A stretch of 64,000 nt of DNA from an uncultured cyanobacterium (lineage in GTDB: Bacteria; Cyanobacteriota; Cyanobacteriia; Cyanobacteriales; Nostocaceae): assembly GCA_963706595.1 (NCBI GenBank), contig OY970166.1, forward strand, positions 4,576,001 through 4,640,000. Reading direction: 5' to 3'. This document shows positions 8,872 through 17,137 of this stretch, in pieces. A program made the translations under genes and the position numbers. Under the pieces are notes generated by a model. That model worked only from the letters and a program-made list of their open reading frames with translations. It ran no database searches and had not been told where the DNA came from. Each line of letters begins with the position of its first letter. Positions within the stretch are counted from its first letter, which is position 1.

Positions 8872-9240
8872 ATGAAAATTAAAACTATCACTTATCAACG
8901 AGTTCTCAACCTGGGGAATTATGAAAGCAAGCGGTTAGACATGACTATCGAAGTTGACGCAAATCTTGAATTTGCAGAAGAAGAATGCTCCATCCTCATG
9001 GAATCTGTAGAGCGTAAAATTCGAGAAGAATCTGAGGCTTTAATTCTCAATGAAATTAGAGATGCCAGAAAAAAACTGCGTGAAGTTAACAAGGAAATTG
9101 AAGCGGGTAAGCAACTTTTAGCAGAAATAGGAAAGGAATTAAACCCGGACATCGAGCCAGGACTTTCACCTTATGAAATAGCAGAAATCGACCGTAAAGT
9201 TAGAAAGGAGGCATATCTTAACCCTGACGAAGACTTTTAA
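8872..9240 (+). CDS. Hypothetical phage-like protein
   Basis: MKIKTITYQRVLNLGNYESKRL N-terminal motif followed by a coiled coil. Confidence 0.7.
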   Translation: MKIKTITYQRVLNLGNYESKRLDMTIEVDANLEFAEEECSILMESVERKIREESEALILNEIRDARKKLREVNKEIEAGKQLLAEIGKELNPDIEPGLSPYEIAEIDRKVRKEAYLNPDEDF

Positions 9241-9247
9241 GATTTAG

Positions 9248-9283
9248 GCGATCGCACAGTTTGGAGGAGTGCGATCGCTTTTC
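9248..9283 (+). terminator. Intrinsic terminator whose stem is formed by two HIP1 sites
   Basis: GCGATCGCAC (9248-9257) / GTGCGATCGC (9269-9278), followed by TTTT. Confidence 0.6.
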
Positions 9284-9287
9284 TTCC

Positions 9288-9316
9288 TTGCCAGGATAAT
9301 GAAACAAATATAACTT
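9288..9316 (+). promoter_or_regulatory. Putative sigma70-type promoter for the bridge RNA/recombinase
   Basis: TTGCCA (9288-9293), 17-bp spacer, TAACTT (9311-9316). Confidence 0.45.
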
Positions 9317-9321
9317 AAAAC

Positions 9322-9552
9322 CGCCTGAACGAGCCGGACTAACTCACCGGCGAAACGTGAGCGCTCACGTCGCGGACTGAGTTCGCAGCACATCAACTTA
9401 GGGCTTTGTTAGTGAATTAAGCTCTTGTGGCTTTCCCATCTTCGTAAGCTCGGTTGATGTGTTTTTGTGTCCCCAGTGTTTGCAGCACTGGAAGCTTTGA
9501 GACTGAATTAGGCTCTTTGGCCTTTGGGTGATTCACAAGCTGTAAGACACAA
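9322..9552 (+). ncRNA. Putative IS110 bridge RNA (5' stem-loop, target-binding loop, donor-binding loop)
   Basis: 5' hairpin 9341-9383. Loop 1 is closed by GCACATCAAC/GTTGATGTGT, loop 2 by TGTGTC/GACACA. Both have the layout GCTT-TG-[8-nt guide]-TT-A(A/G)GC..GC(T/C)T-[guide]-AAGC. Guides match the downstream junction. Confidence 0.8.
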
Positions 9553-9583
9553 TTCACACACCTACTCTAAGGATGAAAACTGA

Positions 9584-10771
9584 ATGACTAGAATTGTTGG
9601 GTTGGATGTTTCCAAGTCAAGTGTTTCGTGCTGTCTATTGGAGGAAAAGCCAAGGAATCCAAGAGAATTTTACTATGAATACCCCTTCAAAAAGTTTCAA
9701 AGTGATAAATTTGGATTATTGGCATTAATGGCATTGCGGCCAGAAGTTGCAATTCTTGAACCGACGGGAGTGAATTACTCCAAATTCTGGACAGAACATT
9801 TATCTCGTGCCGGGGTAGAAGTTCGCTTCGTAGGACACAAAGAACTCAGGAGTTACCGCGAAAATCACTTGGGACTGCCAGATAAAGATGATGATGCCGA
9901 CTCGTTGGCGCTGGCTTGTTATCAGTTCGACTATGGAAAAGATTTGAGCCGGTTCGTCCGGGTACGCGATCGCTTAATTTCCCGAACGAGGGAAGCAGTG
10001 CTGCGGCTTAGTCATCTTAACCGAATACAATCCCCCATCATCAACCGCATCCGTCAGGATTTGGCATGGCAGTTCCCAGAAGTTGCGCTTGTCCGTTCAA
10101 TTCGGTGTTCTGGAAGAGTGCCTTTACTTTGGGGATGGCTAGCTGGTCAGCGTGAAAGTAAAAAATATGATCGCATTTACGCCACCACCGCAGGATTAGG
10201 ATTAACCGATTCGGTAAGGTTTCACGCGCAGCGCATTTGTAGCTTACAGGCAGAAGAGCAAATTTTAGAAGATGAACTAGCAGAAATTCTCATAGATGAA
10301 CGGTTCACTCGTTACCGTGATATTTTCGCAAATTTCCAGTTTGGGGAGAGACTGCAAGCTGTGATTCTCTCCCAAATTTACCCCTTAGAAAATTTCTTGG
10401 GTGAGGATGGTAAACCAGAAATCAAAATCCGCAAAGGTAGGAAATCTGGTAAACCAACCAAACGCCACCTGTCACTAAGGCGATTTCAGAAAGCTTTGGG
10501 TGTAGCGCCTTCTCAAGAATCAAGCGGCGATATTTCTAAATCTAAAGTTTCCGGTGGATCGGCTTTGTGCCGTCGCGCCCTTTGGCAGTGGGTTTTTAGT
10601 GCAGTTGAACCTGCCAAACGCCGCACGAATCCCATGTTAAAAGAATTGGGAGAATTTCTTGATACCGAGAAATTAGCAGGCAAACCAGTCAAACTGGTAC
10701 GAATGCGAGTAGCTGTTAAAGCTGTAAAGCTGTTATTTAAAATGTTGACTAGTAACGTTATCAGTCAATAA
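9584..10771 (+). CDS. IS110-family DEDD recombinase (bridge recombinase)
   Basis: N-terminal GLDVSK, LEPTG and KDDDADS (RuvC-like DEDD); C-terminal GVAPSQESSG motif with the catalytic Ser. Confidence 0.9.
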   Translation: MTRIVGLDVSKSSVSCCLLEEKPRNPREFYYEYPFKKFQSDKFGLLALMALRPEVAILEPTGVNYSKFWTEHLSRAGVEVRFVGHKELRSYRENHLGLPDKDDDADSLALACYQFDYGKDLSRFVRVRDRLISRTREAVLRLSHLNRIQSPIINRIRQDLAWQFPEVALVRSIRCSGRVPLLWGWLAGQRESKKYDRIYATTAGLGLTDSVRFHAQRICSLQAEEQILEDELAEILIDERFTRYRDIFANFQFGERLQAVILSQIYPLENFLGEDGKPEIKIRKGRKSGKPTKRHLSLRRFQKALGVAPSQESSGDISKSKVSGGSALCRRALWQWVFSAVEPAKRRTNPMLKELGEFLDTEKLAGKPVKLVRMRVAVKAVKLLFKMLTSNVISQ

Positions 10772-10833
10772 CACAATGGTGGCGTAGGGAGTCGGTACAA
10801 TACACGTAACAATTACGCCGCCACTATTTTATT

Positions 10834-10846
10834 AGACTGAAGATGG
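10834..10846 (+). other. Right junction (attR-like): donor-left AGACT + core GAA + target-right GATGG
   Basis: AGACTGAA equals guide 9500-9507; GAAGATGG is the reverse complement of guide 9436-9443. Confidence 0.8.
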
Positions 10847-10872
10847 CAAAGTTATCAGTGGAAAATTAAATC

Positions 10873-11478
10873 ATGCTCGAAAATCGAGACTATACACTCA
10901 TTATCGACAAAAGCGGTAGTATGGCTACCCCAGATCAGAAAGGTGGTAGAACTAGATGGGTATCAGCACAAGAATCTACCCTAGCCTTAGCGAGTAAGTG
11001 CGAGCAATTTGATCCAGATGGCATCACTGTATATTTATTTTCTGGTAGATTCAAGCGCTACGATAATGTTACAGCCGCTAAAGTAACACAAATCTTTAAA
11101 GAAAATGACCCCTCTGGTTCTACAGATTTAGCAGGTGTGTTGAAACACGCCACGGATGATTACTTTCAACGTAAGAATGCGGGTCAAACGAAGCCCAATG
11201 GTGAAATTATTTTGGTAGTTACTGACGGCGAACCGGATGACCGTAAAGCGGTAATGAAGGTAATTATTGAAGCTTCTCGCCGGATGGATAATGATGAGGA
11301 ACTAGGTATTTCCTTCATTCAAGTTGGTACAGATGCACAAGCTACTCGCTTTCTGAAAGTGTTAGATGATGACCTCCAAGGTGCTGGAGCAAAATTTGAT
11401 ATCTGCGACACAATTACAATGGATGATATGGAGGATTTAAGTTTATCGGAAGTGCTACTAAATGCCATTACGGACTAG
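10873..11478 (+). CDS. von Willebrand factor A domain protein
   Basis: DKSGSM MIDAS motif and VTDGEP. Confidence 0.9.
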   Translation: MLENRDYTLIIDKSGSMATPDQKGGRTRWVSAQESTLALASKCEQFDPDGITVYLFSGRFKRYDNVTAAKVTQIFKENDPSGSTDLAGVLKHATDDYFQRKNAGQTKPNGEIILVVTDGEPDDRKAVMKVIIEASRRMDNDEELGISFIQVGTDAQATRFLKVLDDDLQGAGAKFDICDTITMDDMEDLSLSEVLLNAITD

Positions 11479-11574
11479 CGACCGCTGCGCGGAAGTCAAA
11501 AGTTAAAAGTCAAAAGTTAAAAGAACTTTTTGAAATGTATCCCTATTTACGCCGTGAATTACTAGCTTAAAAGC

Positions 11575-11982
11575 ATGGATTCTCTTGATAAGCTGCTAGA
11601 TGAACTCAAAGCTGAATATGATCAAACCAAACCCGCAGCATCACAACCCCAGAAAAATTCAGCCAAACCATTTACCCCACAACCACCAAAATCGTTATCT
11701 TTAGTCGATAGCCTTTTGGCAGAAGTTGGGGCTGATTTTGCAGCACAAGATGAAGTGGAGGAGTTTAAAAAACAGCAAGAATTAGCACAGGAAAAAAATC
11801 GACAAGCCCAAATCAAAGCCCAACAAATAGCAGCTTTGAAAGTTGAAGCAGAAACATGGTTGAAAAAATTAGATCCGTTTTCTTCAGAAGGACTTTGGTT
11901 TGAAAGGTTTGCTGAAAGTTACCCTTCAAAATTAGAGGCGGCGATTGAATATTTACAAAGCAACGAATCAACTCAAACTTAA
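11575..11982 (+). CDS. Conserved cyanobacterial hypothetical protein
   Basis: 135 aa, C-terminal WLKKLDPFSSEGLWFERFAESYPSKLEAAIEYL. Confidence 0.7.
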   Translation: MDSLDKLLDELKAEYDQTKPAASQPQKNSAKPFTPQPPKSLSLVDSLLAEVGADFAAQDEVEEFKKQQELAQEKNRQAQIKAQQIAALKVEAETWLKKLDPFSSEGLWFERFAESYPSKLEAAIEYLQSNESTQT

Positions 11983-11986
11983 CTTG

Positions 11987-12325
11987 CTAGTCGTTGATTG
12001 ACAAAAAGTGTTCAACAGCCCATTTATGCATTGCATAAAGAATTGGGATCAGACTTTTTCCCAAACTTGTCAATGAGTATTCTACCTTTGGGGGGATTTG
12101 TGGATAAACTTCACGATGTACAATACCGTCTTCTTCCATTTCTCGGAGTTGCTGAGTCAGCATTTTTTGGGTAATTCCCGGTAAGCCTCGCTGCAATTCC
12201 CCAAAGCGTTTGGTCTGTGAAATTAATTCTCTAATAATTAAAACTTTCCAACGCCCACCAATTACCTTTAATGTAGTTTCAACTTCGCAAGTGAGCCTGA
12301 TGTCGGTTTTTGCTTCAGCTTTCAT
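11987..12325 (-). CDS. HxlR-family transcriptional regulator
   Basis: [10 protein letters not shown]...[25 protein letters not shown]...PPKVEYSLT. Confidence 0.92.
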   Translation of the reverse strand: MKAEAKTDIRLTCEVETTLKVIGGRWKVLIIRELISQTKRFGELQRGLPGITQKMLTQQLREMEEDGIVHREVYPQIPPKVEYSLTSLGKSLIPILYAMHKWAVEHFLSIND

Positions 12326-12645
12326 AAGTTAATTTTGAGTAAGTACTGTACTTTTAAGTGCCTACTTTTTCTATTAACTATACTTGATTTAAAGTCTATT
12401 TAGTAACTTTTTAGCAAATTAATTTGGGATGTTTCCTACCCATAAATATGGAGGTGAATGTTAAATTTGACAGCAGGGATTTGGCGGCATATTTAGCAAG
12501 TGGAACATTAGCAAAAATTTAGCGGCTAATTTTTTAAATTCAGAGTAAAAGTAAGTCGATAATCTACAATACCTCTAGAAATTATCTAGAGGTTTTTCTC
12601 AATAGTTCAGATAAGTTTGTTGCCAAAAACTTCGCTTTCAACTAA

Positions 12646-13149
12646 CTAAATTTGCAATGCTTTAAACCATTTAGTCACAACTGTGTTAATGGTTTGTTTA
12701 ATTTGATGTTTGCGATACCATTTTTGAAAAGCCATTTCGTATTCTTCACCTTTCGTTTGAAAGGTATTCCAAATATCCAGCCCTAATGTCAAGCCGCAAA
12801 ATAGTAAAAAATACAATGACCAAGCAAGACCGCCACCACCGACGATATCCACTAGCATCAAAAAACTGTTAATAATTGCATAATTACCAACACGTTTCTT
12901 AAATCTGCCGATGCGGTAGGAATTGAAAGCTTCTCTCTGTTGCATTTCGCTATGTTGCGATCGCCAGTCAATTTCTGCTAGGTTTAGAGAATCGGGTGAT
13001 ATATCTAACTCTTTGGCAATTTCTAACAATTGCTGATAAGAAAACTCTTTATCTTGATCATCAGCTTGACGAGCGATCGCCAACTGAAGAATACGCTGCA
13101 CATCCTCTTGGCTATAAGAACGAAGGCTCTGAGGTTCAAATGCCGTCAT
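12646..13149 (-). CDS. 2TM domain protein
   Basis: YSQEDVQRILQLAIARQ N-terminus followed by two hydrophobic helices. Confidence 0.75.
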   Translation of the reverse strand: MTAFEPQSLRSYSQEDVQRILQLAIARQADDQDKEFSYQQLLEIAKELDISPDSLNLAEIDWRSQHSEMQQREAFNSYRIGRFKKRVGNYAIINSFLMLVDIVGGGGLAWSLYFLLFCGLTLGLDIWNTFQTKGEEYEMAFQKWYRKHQIKQTINTVVTKWFKALQI

Positions 13150-13347
13150 AATTATTATCTCTTAGTGTGAGCCACCATTAATCTTGTTTGTACTATCTTT
13201 ACATTAGCAAATCTAGAAAAAAGTATGGGGTGTTGGTTATCTCCCTCATCCTCACCTTACCCCAACCCCTCTGGGAATCAGTCGCTGATGTATAAGGCAG
13301 AACCTCACCCCCAGCCCCTCTCCTTATTAAGGAGAGGGGGAATTAGA

Positions 13348-14151
13348 TTACCGGGGTTGGGGTAGTTGAAAAGCATAAATATCTTGAATAGCTTGCACCC
13401 AACCATTAGAAACAGATTCGAGGATGCGATCGCCTTTTTCCTTCGTTGCGGTTGTCGCGTCACCAATTACGCCACTTTTACTGACATCTCGCGTCGCCCA
13501 AGACACAGGTAACTTCCCCTCTAAACTCAGTAAAGTGCTTTGAGTTTGTTCTGGTGGATACTCAGCTACAGCTAAATCCATTTTTACCTGTTCTGGCAAA
13601 ATCGCCAACATAATGCTAGTTTCGGCATCTCCCGCGTGCATTCCTTGGGCAGCTTCCTTGGGTGTTAATAATTCTTTGGTAATATGAGGCACACGCCAAG
13701 TAAACAAGGGAAACACCAAAAAATCATCATATTTAATGTGCAGATCCCGCGCCACCATTTGCATAACTTGGGGTTGTCCGCCGTGGGAATTCATCAACAC
13801 CAATTTTCTAAACCCAGCCCGGTAAATACTTTCACCCATTTCCATCATAATTGCTGTCAGGGTTTCGGTACTTAAAGTTATGGTTCCGGGAAAATGCCAA
13901 TGCTCATTCGATTTACCATAATAGAGAGTGGGTAAAGCATAAGCGGGAATGCTAATATCCAGTTTTTTCAGGGCTGCTCCCAGAACTCCTACACCAATAG
14001 CCGCATCAACAATCAGTGGTAAATGAGGGCCATGTTGTTCAATCGCCCCGACTGGTTGAATGATTACCACATTTTCCTTATTCGGCATAGCCTGGATATC
14101 AGTCCAAGTCAAGTAGGGAAAAAACCGTTCTGGGGGAATAAAGCTGTGCAT
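13348..14151 (-). CDS. Creatininase / creatinine amidohydrolase family protein
   Basis: GAIEQHGPHLP, NSHGG and HAGDAETS motifs. Confidence 0.9.
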   Translation of the reverse strand: MHSFIPPERFFPYLTWTDIQAMPNKENVVIIQPVGAIEQHGPHLPLIVDAAIGVGVLGAALKKLDISIPAYALPTLYYGKSNEHWHFPGTITLSTETLTAIMMEMGESIYRAGFRKLVLMNSHGGQPQVMQMVARDLHIKYDDFLVFPLFTWRVPHITKELLTPKEAAQGMHAGDAETSIMLAILPEQVKMDLAVAEYPPEQTQSTLLSLEGKLPVSWATRDVSKSGVIGDATTATKEKGDRILESVSNGWVQAIQDIYAFQLPQPR

Positions 14152-14198
14152 CTTACTACTATCGCGTCATTTTTATGTTAACGAGATTTGAAGAAGTA

Positions 14199-14350
14199 GG
14201 GGAGAAGAGGAACGGGGGCAGGGTGCAGGGGAGAAGAGGAATGGTTGTTAAGTAACCGGAAGTTTAAAGTAATTTTTTACTCCCCCTTGCTCCCCGCTCC
14301 CCTGCCTCTTAATTCCCCCTTGCACCCTGCACCCTGCTCCCCTGCCTCTT
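14199..14350. repeat. Inverted heptamer-type (STRR-like) repeats
   Basis: Purine-rich ggggcagggtgcagggg block facing cccctgcaccctgc/cccctgcctctt blocks. Confidence 0.6.
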
Positions 14351-14387
14351 CATCTAGTACACCAAGCAGTAGGAAGGACAAAACTCA

Positions 14388-15095
14388 ATGATTGAAGATC
14401 ATGAATCTATTCGTACTCTATCAGTTGATATTGGTGGTAGTGGTGTTAAAGCACTGGTTTTAGATATCACAGGGAATCCCGTCACCAAAAGGATGCGTTT
14501 AGAGACACCCCAACCGGCTAAACCAGAGATGATCATTGATGCGATCGCAGTATTAGCAGCAGATCAAGGTGATTTCCATCGTGTTTCCGTGGGTTTTCCT
14601 GGTGTGGTGCGTCAGGGAGTCACAGAAACAGCCGTCAACTTATATCAAGATTGGATTGGGTTTGACTTGGAAACAGCATTATCACAACGTCTTAACAAGC
14701 CTGTACGCGTGATTAATGATGCCGATATGCAAGGTTTTGGGGCAGTAGCAGGTAAAGGTTTGGAATTGGTAATTACCTTGGGTACAGGTTTTGGTTCGGC
14801 TTTATTTATTGATGGCAAACTTGTGCCAAATATGGAAATGGGACATCATCAGTTTCGCAAGGGTAAAACCTATGAAGAACAACTGGGACGGGCAGAATTA
14901 GAGAAAATTGGTGATAAAAGATGGAATAAGCGTTTAGAGAAAGCGATCGCCTCTTTACAAAGTCTGTTCAATTATGATTACCTTTACATTGGCGGCGGTG
15001 AAGCCGTCAGAGTAAATCTCCAACTCCCCTTAAACGTCAAACTCATCCCGAATATCACTGGTTTATTAGGTGGAATTGCTTTGTGGCGAGATTAG
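14388..15095 (+). CDS. ROK-family kinase, polyphosphate glucokinase-like
   Basis: VDIGGSGVK, GFPG, NDAD, TLGTGFGS and EMGH motifs. Confidence 0.85.
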   Translation: MIEDHESIRTLSVDIGGSGVKALVLDITGNPVTKRMRLETPQPAKPEMIIDAIAVLAADQGDFHRVSVGFPGVVRQGVTETAVNLYQDWIGFDLETALSQRLNKPVRVINDADMQGFGAVAGKGLELVITLGTGFGSALFIDGKLVPNMEMGHHQFRKGKTYEEQLGRAELEKIGDKRWNKRLEKAIASLQSLFNYDYLYIGGGEAVRVNLQLPLNVKLIPNITGLLGGIALWRD

Positions 15096-15233
15096 CTAGG
15101 GAGTGGGGAGTGGGGAGTGGGGAGTAGGGCGCGTTCATACTCTCTGAAATCTACCTGCTGCGTAAGTCCCACGAAAGATGTCCAAATTAATTATCCAACT
15201 TATCCATAAAAGAAAGGATAGGGATAATTAACC

Positions 15234-16253
15234 ATGCAATTAAAGCCCATTAATCAGCAAGTAGTAGCCGTCGTTGGGGCTTCTAGCGGTATCGGTAGAG
15301 AAACAGCGCTAAAGTTTGCCCAACGTGGTGCAAAGGTTGTAGCTTCAGCCCGCAGTGAACCGGGACTGAAATCTTTAGTTGAAGAAATTCGCGGATTGGG
15401 CGGTGAGGCGATATATACTATTGCCGATGTCAGTGATTTTCAGCAAGTTAAGGCGATCGCCGACAAAACTGTGGCAGAATATGGACGCTTGGATACTTGG
15501 GTTCATGCGGCCGCTACAGGTATTATCGCGCCGTTTGAGCAAATTACCCCAGAGGAATTTGAGCGAGTTGTGGATGTCACCTTGATGGGACAGGTATATG
15601 GTGCGATGGCTGCACTACCTTATCTCAAACAAGAAGGACGCGGCTCATTAATTCATATTTCCTCGATGGAGGGTAGGCGCAGTTTGCCGTTACAAAGCCC
15701 TTATTCGGCTGCAAAACACGGTTTAGAAGGTTTTTTAGAATCCTTGCGTGTGGAATTGCGACATGAGAAATTGCCGATTAATGTCACCTCAATATTGCCT
15801 TCCACAATCAACACACCCTATTACAATAAAATTCGCACCAAGCTAGGGGTAAAACCCAAGGGAATACCGCCTTATTATCAACCCAGTATTGTCACTGATG
15901 CCATTCTCTATGTTGCTGAACATCCGATGCGGGATTTTATTGTGGGAGATGCAGGGAAAGTATTAGATTTACTGCAACGGGTTTCACCGGAATTAGTCGA
16001 TGCAATTTTACTCGCGATCGCTTTTCCCGGTCAACGTACCAATGAGCCAAAATCAGAAGACGCACCAGATAATGTTTTTACCGCTATTCCTGGTTATGAC
16101 AAAATTGAGGGCGATTTTAGAAACCACTCAATCCCCAGTTTCTTAGATTGGTGGGATATGAATCCGACTTTGAAATGGGGTGCTGTGGCGCTTGGAGTCG
16201 TGAGTGTTACAGCTTTTCTGGGTGGGTGGCGTAAGAGTTCGGATTGGTCTTAG
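15234..16253 (+). CDS. SDR-family oxidoreductase
   Basis: GASSGIG Rossmann motif and YSAAK catalytic motif. Confidence 0.9.
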   Translation: MQLKPINQQVVAVVGASSGIGRETALKFAQRGAKVVASARSEPGLKSLVEEIRGLGGEAIYTIADVSDFQQVKAIADKTVAEYGRLDTWVHAAATGIIAPFEQITPEEFERVVDVTLMGQVYGAMAALPYLKQEGRGSLIHISSMEGRRSLPLQSPYSAAKHGLEGFLESLRVELRHEKLPINVTSILPSTINTPYYNKIRTKLGVKPKGIPPYYQPSIVTDAILYVAEHPMRDFIVGDAGKVLDLLQRVSPELVDAILLAIAFPGQRTNEPKSEDAPDNVFTAIPGYDKIEGDFRNHSIPSFLDWWDMNPTLKWGAVALGVVSVTAFLGGWRKSSDWS

Positions 16254-16410
16254 GGAAATGTTGACCTCACCCCCAATCCTCTCTTTTATTGGCGTTCTTG
16301 GCGACTAAAGCCCTGGGGGGCATACGCTGCGCGTAAAGCCTACGGCATAGCTACGCTTAACGCGTAGCGTCTCTTAAGAGAAGGCGGTTCCTTTGTCCAT
16401 ATTCAAAAAA

Positions 16411-17091
16411 TCAGCCATCAGCAGTTTTTTCCGTTGTTAACTTCTGACCAATCTTCGGTTCCATACCCGCCAGCAACCGCTCAATATTAGTCCGATGGCG
16501 TAAAATCACATACAAACCCCCAGCAACACCAAACAGGATATAAGGTAGCGGTTGCTGTAAAACGAACATCAAAATAGGGACTGCGATCGCACCGGCAATC
16601 GAACTCAATGATACAATCCTAGAGATAGCGATAAACACCGCAAAAACCCCGGCTGTAGCCAATCCCACCTGCCAATTCATCGCCAATAAAATTCCTAAAC
16701 TGGTAGCCACAGACTTACCACCAGAAAAGCCCAAAAAGATAGATTTACTGTGTCCCAAAATAGCGCATAAACCAGATAAAGTAATTATCCAAGGTTGCCA
16801 AATGGGAATATCTACCGTAGAGGGGATAAGACTTTGACCAGAAGCAGCAGAGAATAACCAGTAAATAAGTGCGATCGCTAAAACACCCTTCAAGCAATCA
16901 ATCACTAAAACCAACACTCCCGGACCTTTCCCCAAAGTCCTTAATACATTAGTTGCGCCCGTTGAACCCGAACCAACTTCCCGAATATCAATACCCTTTA
17001 ACAGCTTCCCCGCAATGTAGCCAGTGGGAAAAGAACCCAACAGATAAGCTACCACCAAAGCCACACCACACAAACTGAGCCAAATCGCCAT
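16411..17091 (-). CDS. plsY: Glycerol-3-phosphate acyltransferase PlsY
   Basis: GSGSTGATNVLR, GHS...GGKSVAT and HRTNI motifs. Confidence 0.93.
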   Translation of the reverse strand: MAIWLSLCGVALVVAYLLGSFPTGYIAGKLLKGIDIREVGSGSTGATNVLRTLGKGPGVLVLVIDCLKGVLAIALIYWLFSAASGQSLIPSTVDIPIWQPWIITLSGLCAILGHSKSIFLGFSGGKSVATSLGILLAMNWQVGLATAGVFAVFIAISRIVSLSSIAGAIAVPILMFVLQQPLPYILFGVAGGLYVILRHRTNIERLLAGMEPKIGQKLTTEKTADG

Positions 17092-17137
17092 AATTAAATC
17101 AGTTAACAGTTAACAGTTAACAGTGAACATTGAGGAA

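Larger units (their letters stand above)
1..10841. mobile_element. Right part of an integrated phage/plasmid-like element (left end beyond the window)
   Basis: Dense cluster of non-core genes (fibre, tyrosine recombinase, HTH, KGK, RHH, IS110 recombinase). It ends at a hybrid recombination site (10834-10846) just before the core vWA gene. Confidence 0.8.
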
